DNA from: Microcoleus sp. BR0-C5
GTDB lineage: Bacteria > Cyanobacteriota > Cyanobacteriia > Cyanobacteriales > Microcoleaceae
Length of the DNA: 64,000 bases
Reading direction: 5' to 3' (one strand)
NCBI GenBank assembly: GCA_036705045.1
Contig: JAUBTR010000019.1
The notes under the pieces are model-generated. The model saw only the letters and a program-made list of their open reading frames with translations, was not told where the DNA came from and did not search any database. The position numbers and the translations under genes are program-made. This document shows positions 9,679 through 19,617 of this stretch, piece after piece (the first letter of the stretch is position 1; each line of letters opens with the position of its first letter).

Positions 9679-10212
9679 TTATCCCTTAATTAACTCCACT
9701 CCGTCGCGCCCGTCGAGTTCTTGAACGTAAACCTTAACTTGTTCTTCCTTTGCAGTCGGCAACTTTTTACCCGTAAAATCCGGCTGAATCGGTACTTCTC
9801 GGTGGCCACGATCGACTAATACCGCTAACCAAATTTTCTCCGGCCGCCCATAATCGTTGACCGCATTCAAAGCCGCTCGAATCGTTCTGCCTTTATATAT
9901 AACGTCATCTACCAACACCACAGTTTTGCCCGTCAAATCGAAAGGAATTTCTGTTTTAGCCGGTGTCCGCATCGCAACTCGATCCAAGTCATCTCGGTAA
10001 AAGGTAATATCCAAAGCGCCCACGGGTACTTTGACTTGTTCGAGGACTTCAATTTGATCTGCCAAAATTTGAGCTAAAGGCACTCCTCTACTATGAATGC
10101 CCAACAGCACTAACTCCGAGGGATTCCCTGATTTTTCGACAATCTGGGAAGCGACGCGGGTGAGAGTGCGCCTCACTTCATCAGGCGATAAAATTTGGAT
10201 AATTTTAGTCAT
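9679..10212 (-). CDS. pyrR: Bifunctional pyrimidine operon regulator / uracil phosphoribosyltransferase PyrR
   Basis: [21 protein letters not shown]-binding motif; about 178 aa from the internal Met MTKIIQIL. The ORF-track extension to 10437 runs through an STRR array and is probably not coding. Confidence 0.85.
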   Translation of the reverse strand: MTKIIQILSPDEVRRTLTRVASQIVEKSGNPSELVLLGIHSRGVPLAQILADQIEVLEQVKVPVGALDITFYRDDLDRVAMRTPAKTEIPFDLTGKTVVLVDDVIYKGRTIRAALNAVNDYGRPEKIWLAVLVDRGHREVPIQPDFTGKKLPTAKEEQVKVYVQELDGRDGVELIKG

Positions 10213-10485
10213 TGGTTGCTGCGAGCTAATTGTTGGCTGTTGGCATATCGAACAATTTGAGATTTGAGATTTGAGATTTGAGATTTGAGATTGACTTGAC
10301 AGATGAATCTGGGGGTTTGAACAAAGGTCAAAACTTTTTTTGCTGCTGTCGGTGGCGGATCTCTGTCTTCTGCAGGACTTACCCCGAACGGATGAAAAGC
10401 AGATGCTGCGATTGCTTGGCTGAGCGCGAACAATCACAGAAATACGTTATTTATGCCTCCTGGACTGTTCTAGTGAGGTCATAAG

Positions 10486-11580
10486 TTAGCGGCTCAAACC
10501 TAATAAGGTATAAAAAAGCAATGATAGTCCCAACCAAATCAGAAAGCAATACCGAGTTAATTGCAATGCTTGGCAAATTAGCGGCGCTGTGATAGGGTGA
10601 ACCGGCTCGCCTAACAGCGGTTTGTGTTTGAGAACTCCGCGATAGGAATTAGTACCTCCTAGTTGCACTCCCAAGATGGCGGCGTAAACGCACTCGCTCC
10701 AACCGGAATTGGGACTGGCATCTTTAACAGCATCTCTCTGACAAATCTGCCAAATGTAAATCGGTTTGCCCGATATAACGGCTAAAGTAATCACTGTTAG
10801 CCGGCAAGGAATCCACGTCAGCACGTCTTCTAGTTTGGCGCTAAACCATCCTAAATCTGTGTATGGCGCTTCTTTGTAGCCGATCGTAGAATCTAATGTG
10901 CTGGCTGCTTTGTAAGCGATCGCCAAGGGGACTATAGCACTCGCCCACATCGAGTTAGGATCGATCGGCGCAGCGGTAACAGTTAATAATAGATGCGGCA
11001 GAGCGAACCCAAGTAAGGCATAAAATAGCGGTGCTGTCACACCATCGACTGCATTCTCTGTTACAGTTTCTAACAATGCTCGCAGAATTTCTGGCTCGGA
11101 TAAGTTTTCGGTATCCCGGCCGACGTAAAGGCTCAACCTTTCTCGCGCCTTGACTAAATCTCCAACATTTAAAGGTGCTAGCACATCCTCTGCTGCTGCC
11201 CTCAAACTGCGACCTGCAAAACAGCTTGCCAGCAAAATGGTCTGTATGGCAATACCTAAAAGAGGATCTACCCAACTAGCAGCTTGGACGCTCGACCAAC
11301 TGACAGTATAACTGCCTACAATCAGCCCGATCGCTAGTATTGTACCAGCACATCGTAGCAGCAGTTTGTGCGGCTCGCCAGCGGGACTATCCTCTGCTTC
11401 AGGCATTTTGCCTGGGGGATTATTCCATATATTAAAGACAAGTCGAGTATAGCGGTCGATCGCCCAACCCATCGCCTGCACCGGATGTGGCCAACCCCAA
11501 GGATCGCCGATCGAATAATCTAATACCGCAGCTAACATCAAAACAGGAAATTCATCCGGCATCATTATATATTGTGTCAA
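10486..11580 (-). CDS. cobD: Adenosylcobinamide-phosphate synthase CobD/CbiB
   Basis: Blocks DPWGWPHPV, NAVDGVTAPLFY, YKAASTLDSTIGYK and SPNSGWSE align with CbiB. Confidence 0.85.
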   Translation of the reverse strand: MTQYIMMPDEFPVLMLAAVLDYSIGDPWGWPHPVQAMGWAIDRYTRLVFNIWNNPPGKMPEAEDSPAGEPHKLLLRCAGTILAIGLIVGSYTVSWSSVQAASWVDPLLGIAIQTILLASCFAGRSLRAAAEDVLAPLNVGDLVKARERLSLYVGRDTENLSEPEILRALLETVTENAVDGVTAPLFYALLGFALPHLLLTVTAAPIDPNSMWASAIVPLAIAYKAASTLDSTIGYKEAPYTDLGWFSAKLEDVLTWIPCRLTVITLAVISGKPIYIWQICQRDAVKDASPNSGWSECVYAAILGVQLGGTNSYRGVLKHKPLLGEPVHPITAPLICQALQLTRYCFLIWLGLSLLFYTLLGLSR

Positions 11581-11674
11581 ACTTGATAGTCCGGCCGAGC
11601 AGGAGCGATCGCAATGGTAGCGCAGGTTTTAACTACTGCTACCCTTGCGGAGGCAAGATTTTTGAGCTGCAATT

Positions 11675-12076
11675 TTAACGGCTGAGATTACTTTCGTCGC
11701 CCAGCAAGTGTACGTTCAGCTCCCAATTAACACCGTCAAAGGGTAGGATCTGAAAGTGTTCAATGGCATAGTCGTCAAGACAGCGGACGTTGACATCGAA
11801 ATGATCGGGATGCGATCGGGGGCGATAGAACGAGTGAATGCCGCAAATTCGGCAGAAAGTATGTTGAGCAGTTCCTGTATTAAATGTATAGGTGGTCAAA
11901 ACATCTTCGCCACTGAGCAAGGTAAAACGTTCCGGTGGCACAATGAGGTGCAAAAATCCCTTCTTTTTACAGATAGAGCAGTTGCAATCAGATGCTTCGT
12001 GTTTGTCAACGGCGACACGGAAGCGGACAGCTCCGCAGTGACAGCCACCAAAGTAAGTAACAAGTGTTGCGTCCAT
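11675..12076 (-). CDS. GFA-family (glutathione-dependent formaldehyde-activating/CENP-V-like) zinc protein
   Basis: CHCGAVRF ... CNCSIC ... C..C spacing typical of the GFA domain. Confidence 0.7.
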   Translation of the reverse strand: MDATLVTYFGGCHCGAVRFRVAVDKHEASDCNCSICKKKGFLHLIVPPERFTLLSGEDVLTTYTFNTGTAQHTFCRICGIHSFYRPRSHPDHFDVNVRCLDDYAIEHFQILPFDGVNWELNVHLLGDESNLSR

Positions 12077-12113
12077 GTGTGCTTGCTGCCGATCGAATGA
12101 ATGAACTTACCAT

Positions 12114-12557
12114 TTAAATGATAAAGCTAGTTTCTTCCCCAAGAGCCGCTTGCCAACTGCGGACATCATAGTATAAGTCTTCGAGGGAAATACTGTACAG
12201 CGCTTCGGCAAGTTTTTTGTGCAATCGGTTCCACAAACTGAATGTTACCCAGTCCTCTGCTTGCGTCGCGTCGGGAAAATGTCGAGGTAAAGGTTCAATA
12301 GTTTCACCTACAGCCTCTAAGATTTGTCCTAAAGAGATTTGAGCGGGCATGCGGGCTAATTGATATCCACCTTGGGAACCCCGAACAGATTGGACTAAAC
12401 CGGCTCGTCGCATTTCAATCAGCAATTTTTCTAGATACGGAGCAGGTAACTCCTGTCGCTTCGCTATCGATTTCACCGATGTCGGGCCAAAGCGAGGTTG
12501 CAAACTTAGATCCAGTAATGCTTTGACACTGTAGTGTCCGCGTGTGGTTAACTTCAT
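12114..12557 (-). CDS. Rrf2-family transcriptional regulator (cysteine-free, so not an Fe-S IscR type)
   Basis: N-terminal winged-HTH of the Rrf2 type (TRGHYSVKALLDLS...). No Cys residues in the whole ORF. Confidence 0.7.
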   Translation of the reverse strand: MKLTTRGHYSVKALLDLSLQPRFGPTSVKSIAKRQELPAPYLEKLLIEMRRAGLVQSVRGSQGGYQLARMPAQISLGQILEAVGETIEPLPRHFPDATQAEDWVTFSLWNRLHKKLAEALYSISLEDLYYDVRSWQAALGEETSFII

Positions 12558-12822
12558 GGGATTTTAAGAGCGGGGCAAATATTTAGCTAGCTGATAGCTG
12601 ATAGCTTATGCTACCGAGTTTAGAGATTGCTCGCACCGGCTGCCGCTACTCCTCAAGAAAGACTGCAGGTTGTTAAAAATATTTAGATAATAGTGGTTAA
12701 CAATTGAGCCGATCGGTGTAATATGGTTTTACGACCAGCTATAAAGCTAAAGTTTCTTGGTCAAACTAAAAACCAACCGAGAAAAAATCCGTACACCAGT
12801 TGAATATTTCAGGACTCAGTAA

Positions 12823-13212
12823 ATGGCTAAAAAGAAAAATATCGAACCCCTTGAAGGCGAAGATCTGATCAAAAAGGTCAAAGACCTAGAGAACCTTACC
12901 AAGGAAGAAAAAGCTAGAGCCTGTGGCTACTACACCGTTACCAAGAACGGCGTAGAACGGGTCAACATGATGAAATTCCTGAATGCGCTGATTGATGCAG
13001 AAGGCATTCAGCTAGACGGGAAGCAAAACGGCAATGGACGCGGCGGACGCTCTGCCAGCTATCGGATTAGCGTTCAATCTAACGGCAACTTACTGATTGG
13101 AGCGGCCTACACCAAACAGATGGAACTCCAGCCAGGAGATGAATTTGAAATCTCTCTGGGACGCAAGCACATTCACCTGCGCCAAATCGATCGAGAAGAA
13201 GAAGAATCCTAG
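12823..13212 (+). CDS. AbrB-family regulator (cyanobacterial cyAbrB-like, C-terminal swapped-hairpin domain)
   Basis: C-terminal ISVQSNGNLLIGAAYTKQMELQPGDEFEISL resembles the AbrB/MazE fold. Transcribed divergently from the Rrf2 gene. Confidence 0.5.
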   Translation: MAKKKNIEPLEGEDLIKKVKDLENLTKEEKARACGYYTVTKNGVERVNMMKFLNALIDAEGIQLDGKQNGNGRGGRSASYRISVQSNGNLLIGAAYTKQMELQPGDEFEISLGRKHIHLRQIDREEEES

Positions 13213-13891
13213 GCTTTTACGACTTGCTTTGACTTCTTGCTTGAACAGGTTGGTTTGGCTTCAAGCATTGACTGCAAGCAGAGAGTTGGCTCTGAAATCT
13301 TTCTGTGAGCCTCAAAAAGTATGGCTTCTATAGATGGCAATGGCTAGACAAAAGCCACTGCCACTACTTTATATTTTCCGAGAATACCTATTCTCGACCC
13401 TCGCTATATCCGTTTGGACAAGCGGGGGATTTTCCGCGTAGCTGTTAAAGAGAAGTTCGGCAACGGATTGTGTACCGGGTGTAACGGATGTAACGCATGG
13501 ATGTTCACCAAGGGATTGTATAGCGGATTTAACGGATGAATGTTGAGTTTCGATGGTCGAGGTTCCAGGCAAGAAGCAGGTTAGGTTGAGCTACGAAACC
13601 GAACAAAGCAAGAAAATGGCAGAGGTATTCTGGGCCAAGAGTGCGTCATACCAGTTTAAAAAAAAGAATGCAACTGTCGGCAAACTCCAAAGCACGAGCT
13701 TCCTCATTCATCGCCAATTATTTAATCTCAAATCTCAAATCTCAAATCTCAAATTGTATAAGTCTCGTGCTTGCTCCTGATTGGTGTGTGTGTGGGAGGG
13801 GTTTTGAGGGCAAGGAAACACCTCGATCGCCCGTGAGTGAAATTACAGGCTAGAACAGTTAAAGTGTTAGGGAGCAATTAGTCACCAGCCT

Positions 13892-16800
13892 ATGCCGTTG
13901 CCCCGATTCGCGAGCAAAACTTCTCAACACCAAATAAAAATCCCCCTGCGTCACCTTCTAGTGGCCTCTTTTGTGCTGCAAATCGTCGCAGCCGTTGGGA
14001 TTGTCGGGTATCTGTCTTTTCGCAACGGAGACAAAGCAGTCGAAGATCTCGCCGAGAAATTGATCGCGGAGACGGGAAAGAGAGTTGAAGAAAAGCTGAT
14101 TTCTTTTCTCGAACCTACCCAGTGGGTAAATCAACTTAACGCCTCGGCGATCGAGGGCGGTGAATTAAACTTACACTTAGAAAAGCCGCAGCCTCGGGGA
14201 GAGAAGTTCCTCTGGCAACAAATGCGATCTTTTAAAAGCATTGAATGGATATCCTTCGGTGCGGAAAAATCAGGAGAATATCTCGGCATTTGGCGCAACC
14301 CTCACGACAACAGCTTGCAAATTGTCGCCGCCTCGAAGTCTAGCAACTTTCAGAGCATGTACTACGCTACAGACGGCAGAGGCACTCGCACCGCTAAATT
14401 AAAGGCAGAACCCAGAACCTACGATGCCCGTCTCCGCCCCTGGTACAAAGAAGCTGTCGCAGCAAACAAACCGATTTGGACGAGCATTTATCCAGGTTTT
14501 ACTCCTGGGACTGTTTTTATTGCTGCCAGCCAACCAATTCGCGATCGAAATGGTAAATTGCTGGGAGTTTGTGCCGTAGACTTTTCACTCTCGGAGCTTG
14601 AGCAATATCTTCATCGCATCAAGTTTAGCAAAACGGGACAAATTTTCGTGATGGAACGATCGGGCTTGCTGGTTGCCAGTTCGAGTCAAGAATCACCCTT
14701 TAGAAAGATGCCGGGAAAGCAGCAACGGCAGCGGCTAAATGTTTTAGACAGCCAAACTCCTGTCATTCGCACCGCAGGTAAATATTTGTACGAACACTTC
14801 GGGGGCTTTGGCGACATTAAGCAGCGGCAGCAACTGAAATTTAGCCGAGACGCGCAGGAATATTTTGTGGAAGTGCTGCCGTTTTCTGATGTTTACGGTT
14901 TGAACTGGGTGATTGCGATCGCAGTTCCCGAATCTGATTTCATGGGGCAAATTAACAAAAATACGCGCACTACAATTTTACTTTGTTGGGGGGCGCTGCT
15001 GCTATCGACAATTGCTGGAGTGCTGACAGCGAGGTGGGTAACGCTGCCGCTGCGGCGGCTCAATGAAGCAGCTAAAGATATTGCCGCCAGAGAGTTCGAT
15101 CGCGCTGTTACTGTCAGTAGGCTTGAGGAAGTCGGCGAATTAGCGCAGTCTTTCAATGAGATGGCAGATCAACTGAAACAGTCTTTTCAAGCTTTGGCAG
15201 AAAGTGAAGAAAAATTTGCCCAACTGGTAGAAAATTTGCCCGTTGGAGTCTCGGCGATCAATCCGGGCGGCGCAGTTATTTTCATGAATTCGGCGGGAGA
15301 GCAAATATTAGGCAGGGGAGAAATGCCCGATGCTACCGCACAAGAGCTACCAGAAGCTTATCAAACTTATATAACAGGCACTAATCAACTGTACCCGGCC
15401 GAGCAAATGCCGTTTGTGCGGGCGTTGAGTGGCTTCGAGGTGATTGCTGAAGATATGGAAATTCGCCGAGACGGGCAAAATATTCGTTTGGAAGTGCGAG
15501 CGCTGCCGGTGTTTGACGGTGCGGACAATATCCTTTATGTTCTTAATGTTTTTACAGATATTACGGCTCGCAAACACGCAGAGCAAATATTGGCTGACTA
15601 CAACCGTACCCTCGAAATTGAAGTAGTCGATCGCACGAGGGAGCTAGCCTCGATCAATGCCCGCTTGCAGCTCGAAATTGAGGAGCGCCAGCAAGCTGAA
15701 AAAATTATCCGTCAAGAGCGCGACTTTAACTTAAAGATTATCGAAAATTCTCCGATTTTTTTTGTGGCGATCGACTCTGAGGGTAAAATCCTGCTGGCGA
15801 ATAACTGTATGCTGGAAGCTGTGGGCTATACTGCCACAGAAGTTGCAGGCAAAGATTACTTAGCTACATTTGTACCCCCAAGCGATCGAGCCGGATTACA
15901 TTCGATTTTTACGGGCGTAACAGCGCGGGAGCAAACGGTTAACGAACATCGCATTCTCACTTCGGACGATCGGACTTTGTTAGTCGAGTGGCACGGCACA
16001 CCGGTGCTCGACGAAGGTGGCAGTCTGGATTTCTTGTTTGGATTTGGGATTGATATTGGCGATCGCAAACAAGCACAATTAGCCTTGCAAAAAAGCGAAG
16101 CTCTGTTTCATAAATTAGCGAACACTGTTCCCGGAGAACTTTACATATTCGTGCAGCATCCCGACGGCTCAGTCAAGATGGAATATATCAGCCCTCTGTG
16201 CCGAGAAATTCAAGAATTAGAGCCGGAGGAAATCCAGAACAACTCTGCTTTACTCTACGAACAAATGCACCCGGACGATCGATCCAGTCACTTCGAGGCA
16301 ATTGTCAAAAGTGCCACTGATCTAGAACTATTTTCCCACGAGTGGCGGATTGTGACAGCATCGGGAAAACTCAAATGGCTGCAAGGTTATTCTCGACCTG
16401 AATTGCGCGAAAATGGAGATATTGTCTGGCACGGCATAATCATTGATATGAGCGATCGTAAACAAGCAGAACAAGAACTCCAACAAGCCAAAGAAGCCGC
16501 AGAAGCTGCCAACAAAACTAAAAGCCTCTTTCTCGCCAACATGAGCCACGAATTGCGAACCCCCCTCAACGCCATTCTCGGCTTCGCTCAATTAATGGAA
16601 CCCAGCGCTAATTTAACTTTGCCGGAAAAAGAAAATATCCAAATTATTCGCCGCAGCGGAGAGCACCTGCTCCAACTGATCAATCAAGTCTTAGACTTAT
16701 CTAAAATAGAAGCTGGGCGCATGACACTAAACGCCAAACTTTTTGACTTGTACCGCTTGCTGGGCGACGTGCAAAATATGTTTAAAATTTCAATAAAAAA

Positions 16801-17557
16801 TAAAAAACTGCAATTAATTATTGACTGCTCTGCCGATGTTCCCCAATACGTAGAAACTGATGATGTTAAGTTGCGACAAGTGCTAATTAATCTATTAGAT
16901 AATGCGGTTAAATTTACCCACAATGGTTCAGTTATAGTCACTGTATGCTCCAAGCAAGGAGGAATAATTCAGCCTATAAAAAAAGATTTTTTAAATATTA
17001 GGGAAACTCAAGAATTTTTTTTTATTACTTTTGAAATAGCCGATACAGGAGTGGGTATTTATCCCGACAAATTAGAAACCATATTTGAATTATTGGTGCA
17101 AACTTCATCAGAAAAAAAAGTTCAAACAGGTACGGGTTTAGGATTAAACATCAGCCGCGAGTTCATAAGATTAATGGGCGGCGACATTACCGTCGAGAGC
17201 GAAGTGGGACAAGGGACTATCTTCAAGTTTGATATTCAAGTTGTTACCGCAGCGGGTGCTGGTGAAGTAATCAATACATATGCTGAAGTCAATGATTTAT
17301 CGCAGAGTTCAAGTATGGTACAAGAAAAAATATCTGATAGTGCTGCAATATTTACACTGGACTCCAAGCCAAAAGTTTCCCCAGAATGGACGAGGAATCT
17401 AAAACAGGCAGTCCGTGAGGCTGACTTCGACTTGATTGCCACAAGTATTGAGGAAATCGGCAGCGATAATGATGTTTTTGCGGAAGTTCTGAGGAATCAT
17501 CTATATAATTTTGATTATCAAAAAATACTAGATTTGATTGATGAAATTGAGCGGTAG
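13892..17557 (+). CDS. Multi-sensor histidine kinase (TM - periplasmic Cache/CHASE-like - TM - HAMP - 3x PAS - HisKA - HATPase_c - C-terminal tail)
   Basis: Two TM helices flank a roughly 330-aa extracytoplasmic domain. H-box is MSHELRTPLNAILGF; N/G boxes (DTGVGI, GTGLGL) are present. Confidence 0.8.
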   Translation: MPLPRFASKTSQHQIKIPLRHLLVASFVLQIVAAVGIVGYLSFRNGDKAVEDLAEKLIAETGKRVEEKLISFLEPTQWVNQLNASAIEGGELNLHLEKPQPRGEKFLWQQMRSFKSIEWISFGAEKSGEYLGIWRNPHDNSLQIVAASKSSNFQSMYYATDGRGTRTAKLKAEPRTYDARLRPWYKEAVAANKPIWTSIYPGFTPGTVFIAASQPIRDRNGKLLGVCAVDFSLSELEQYLHRIKFSKTGQIFVMERSGLLVASSSQESPFRKMPGKQQRQRLNVLDSQTPVIRTAGKYLYEHFGGFGDIKQRQQLKFSRDAQEYFVEVLPFSDVYGLNWVIAIAVPESDFMGQINKNTRTTILLCWGALLLSTIAGVLTARWVTLPLRRLNEAAKDIAAREFDRAVTVSRLEEVGELAQSFNEMADQLKQSFQALAESEEKFAQLVENLPVGVSAINPGGAVIFMNSAGEQILGRGEMPDATAQELPEAYQTYITGTNQLYPAEQMPFVRALSGFEVIAEDMEIRRDGQNIRLEVRALPVFDGADNILYVLNVFTDITARKHAEQILADYNRTLEIEVVDRTRELASINARLQLEIEERQQAEKIIRQERDFNLKIIENSPIFFVAIDSEGKILLANNCMLEAVGYTATEVAGKDYLATFVPPSDRAGLHSIFTGVTAREQTVNEHRILTSDDRTLLVEWHGTPVLDEGGSLDFLFGFGIDIGDRKQAQLALQKSEALFHKLANTVPGELYIFVQHPDGSVKMEYISPLCREIQELEPEEIQNNSALLYEQMHPDDRSSHFEAIVKSATDLELFSHEWRIVTASGKLKWLQGYSRPELRENGDIVWHGIIIDMSDRKQAEQELQQAKEAAEAANKTKSLFLANMSHELRTPLNAILGFAQLMEPSANLTLPEKENIQIIRRSGEHLLQLINQVLDLSKIEAGRMTLNAKLFDLYRLLGDVQNMFKISIKNKKLQLIIDCSADVPQYVETDDVKLRQVLINLLDNAVKFTHNGSVIVTVCSKQGGIIQPIKKDFLNIRETQEFFFITFEIADTGVGIYPDKLETIFELLVQTSSEKKVQTGTGLGLNISREFIRLMGGDITVESEVGQGTIFKFDIQVVTAAGAGEVINTYAEVNDLSQSSSMVQEKISDSAAIFTLDSKPKVSPEWTRNLKQAVREADFDLIATSIEEIGSDNDVFAEVLRNHLYNFDYQKILDLIDEIER

Positions 17558-17873
17558 GGGGCGCAATGTGCATCGGAGCTTTCGGCGGCGGAATGTGCAT
17601 CTTATCCTATAAATTTGCTGTAGGGGTAGTGCCAAGAATGCCTACCCCCGACCTAGACGATTCGTTCGGCAGGTCAGACCAAGAGAGCCGGCACGGGTAC
17701 GGCCCCTAGGTCGAATGAAACAGCCCTCCTCCCCAAACAGTTATTTTAGCTGCGGCCACAATAGTCTTGGGATGGGATAAAATCCTCGCTCAAAGGTCTA
17801 TACACTCTGATAATTATCATGGTTGATTTGCTGCTAATAATTGAGTGTTTGAATTGACTTTTGGGAAGCTAGA

Positions 17874-17923
17874 GTTAACCCCCCCGATCGCCCTTTTGGT
17901 AAGGGGAAATCGAGGGGGTTAAC
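17874..17923. terminator. GC-rich inverted repeat GTTAACCCCCCCGATCG...CGAGGGGGTTAAC between convergent genes; candidate bidirectional terminator
   Basis: Perfect 11-13-bp stem read in sequence, lying between the 3' ends of the HK (+) and M50 protease (-) genes. Confidence 0.4.
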
Positions 17924-17949
17924 TATTATTTGTCAAGTATCTGAGGATA

Positions 17950-19053
17950 TTAAGCAGGGTTCGCTTCGGCTCGTCTTTGTAGCAGGCGGGCAATTTCAGC
18001 TTTTTCTACAAGTCCGACGAGAACGCCGTTTTCGCGAATGACGGGGAGTTCTTGTACTTTGAGTTGTTCTAGGAGGGTGACGACTTCAAGGAGGGATAAT
18101 TCTGGTTTGACGGTGGTGGAAAATTCGATCGGCTTCAGGAGTTCTTTAACTAAAACTTCGGGCCAGCGTCCGGTAGGAATGGTTTTGAGGTCATCAAGGT
18201 CGATCGCCCCTACCAATTGTCCGGCATCATCTGTTGCCAGGAACCTGCGCCAGGTTTGAGTGCTACCGATCACGTAGTTGTTGGCAAATTCTCTGAGGGA
18301 CAAGTCTTGGGAGACGATCGGACTTTCGGGGGTAACAGCATCTGCGGCTGTCAAACCTGCCAGTTGATTTTGGACTGTGGCATATTGTGCGGATTGACCG
18401 GCATTTTGCAGTAAGAACCAACCGATTACTAGATTCCAGATATTGCCGAAAATGCCTGTAGCAATGGCAATCCAACCAATGATTTGACCAACGCGGCTAG
18501 CAAAAATTACACCTTTGTAAGGGTTGCCAGTAATTTTCCAGACGATCGCTTTGAGGATGTTGCCGCCGTCGAGGGGCAAACCGGGAATTAAGTTAAATAA
18601 GGCTAGAACTAAGTTGATGGAAGCTAAAAGTCCGACGATGGCGGCTGCGGGGCCTGTGAGACCAGCACCCATGCCTATGGCTGTTAACAAACCGGACAAA
18701 AATAAGCTAACCAAGGGACCTGCAATTGCTACCCAAAATGCTTCGGCTGGGGTTTTGGATTCTCTTTCTAAATTAGCCAGTCCGCCAAACAGAAATAGCG
18801 AAATCGATTTCACGCCAATTCCCTGTTTAATGGCTACCCAACTGTGTCCTAATTCGTGGGCTAAGACGGAAGCAAATAACAGTAACGCTGTGAATAATCC
18901 CAGCATCCAGGGCGCTACGGGGCCCAATGTGGGAAACAGGGCAGCTAATGCGCCACCGTACTGCCAGGTTACTAAACCCAGAACTAAAAACCAAGATGCG
19001 TTGACAAAGAAGGGAATCCCAAACAGGTTGCCGACGCGAAATGTACCGTTCAT
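17950..19053 (-). CDS. Site-2 protease family zinc metalloprotease (M50) with C-terminal CBS pair
   Basis: HELGHSWV HExxH motif in a polytopic membrane region; CBS-like C-terminus. Confidence 0.75.
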   Translation of the reverse strand: MNGTFRVGNLFGIPFFVNASWFLVLGLVTWQYGGALAALFPTLGPVAPWMLGLFTALLLFASVLAHELGHSWVAIKQGIGVKSISLFLFGGLANLERESKTPAEAFWVAIAGPLVSLFLSGLLTAIGMGAGLTGPAAAIVGLLASINLVLALFNLIPGLPLDGGNILKAIVWKITGNPYKGVIFASRVGQIIGWIAIATGIFGNIWNLVIGWFLLQNAGQSAQYATVQNQLAGLTAADAVTPESPIVSQDLSLREFANNYVIGSTQTWRRFLATDDAGQLVGAIDLDDLKTIPTGRWPEVLVKELLKPIEFSTTVKPELSLLEVVTLLEQLKVQELPVIRENGVLVGLVEKAEIARLLQRRAEANPA

Positions 19054-19315
19054 AATGGCTACCTCTGATTTTACGAATGAGAGGTTTTTCTCTCTGTCTC
19101 CTTATCGTAACGAAAGGTAACGGCGATGTTAATGTTTCAATTAGGGTGTTATCCGTCTGTGGAGGTTCGGTTTGCTGAATAATTACCGCCGACTGCCGTT
19201 TGGCCCGTTAGGGGTTAAAAATCCTTATCCCAAAACGGAAGTTTTTGCTATGAGGCTTGAGGAGGATATCTGTTTGAGTTTTCTGTTTTAATTTTCAGCG
19301 GGTTTTAACTCAAAT

Positions 19316-19500
19316 CTTGCACCATTGTCAGCAACAGGCAAGATGCCTGTTCCACAACAGATGAATTTTCTTTTTGCACCATTGTCAGCAACAGGCAAGA
19401 TGCCTGTTCCACAACAGATGAATTTTCTTTTTGCACCATTGTCAGCAACAGGCAAGATGCCTGTTCCACAACAGATGAATTTTCTTTCTTGTGGGGAGTA
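19316..19500. repeat. Tandem array of 3 x about 60 bp of the GAACAGGCAAGATGCCTGTTCCACAACAGATGAATTTTCTTT hairpin element
   Basis: Three near-identical direct copies. The overlapping six-frame ORFs (19288-19565) encode repetitive peptides and are artefacts. Confidence 0.9.
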
Positions 19501-19617
19501 TGGGTTGGGCACGCGAGCCCGCCCATAAAAGCCTGATTGAGAATGGTGCAACCTATGAGTTTCAAGCAGGTTTAACTATAATGACTTACCCTAAGAATAG
19601 TTTAGATCCTAATAATT

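Noticed and set aside
8980-9680. Genomic island/prophage integrated at tRNA-Met
   Set aside because: No integrase, no direct repeat of the tRNA 3' end, and the downstream genes (pyrR, cobD) are housekeeping. Only small MITE/STRR elements are present.
9679-10212. pyrR/UPRT considered as the URC6 component of the URC-like module at 80-3743
   Set aside because: It is 6 kb away, separated by unrelated genes (queC, a transporter, a tRNA), and is a canonical PyrR. Linkage is probably coincidental.
9679-10437. Long 252-aa version of the pyrR ORF
   Set aside because: The N-terminal 75 codons run through the (GATTTGA)n STRR and give a low-complexity peptide (…[12 protein letters not shown]…). The canonical PyrR begins at the internal MTKIIQIL (start about 10212).
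19288-19565. Three overlapping six-frame ORFs (86-87 aa, both strands) with internally repeated peptides
   Set aside because: They are translation artefacts of the 3 x 60-bp tandem hairpin-repeat array. No RBS is present and the ORFs are palindromic on both strands.
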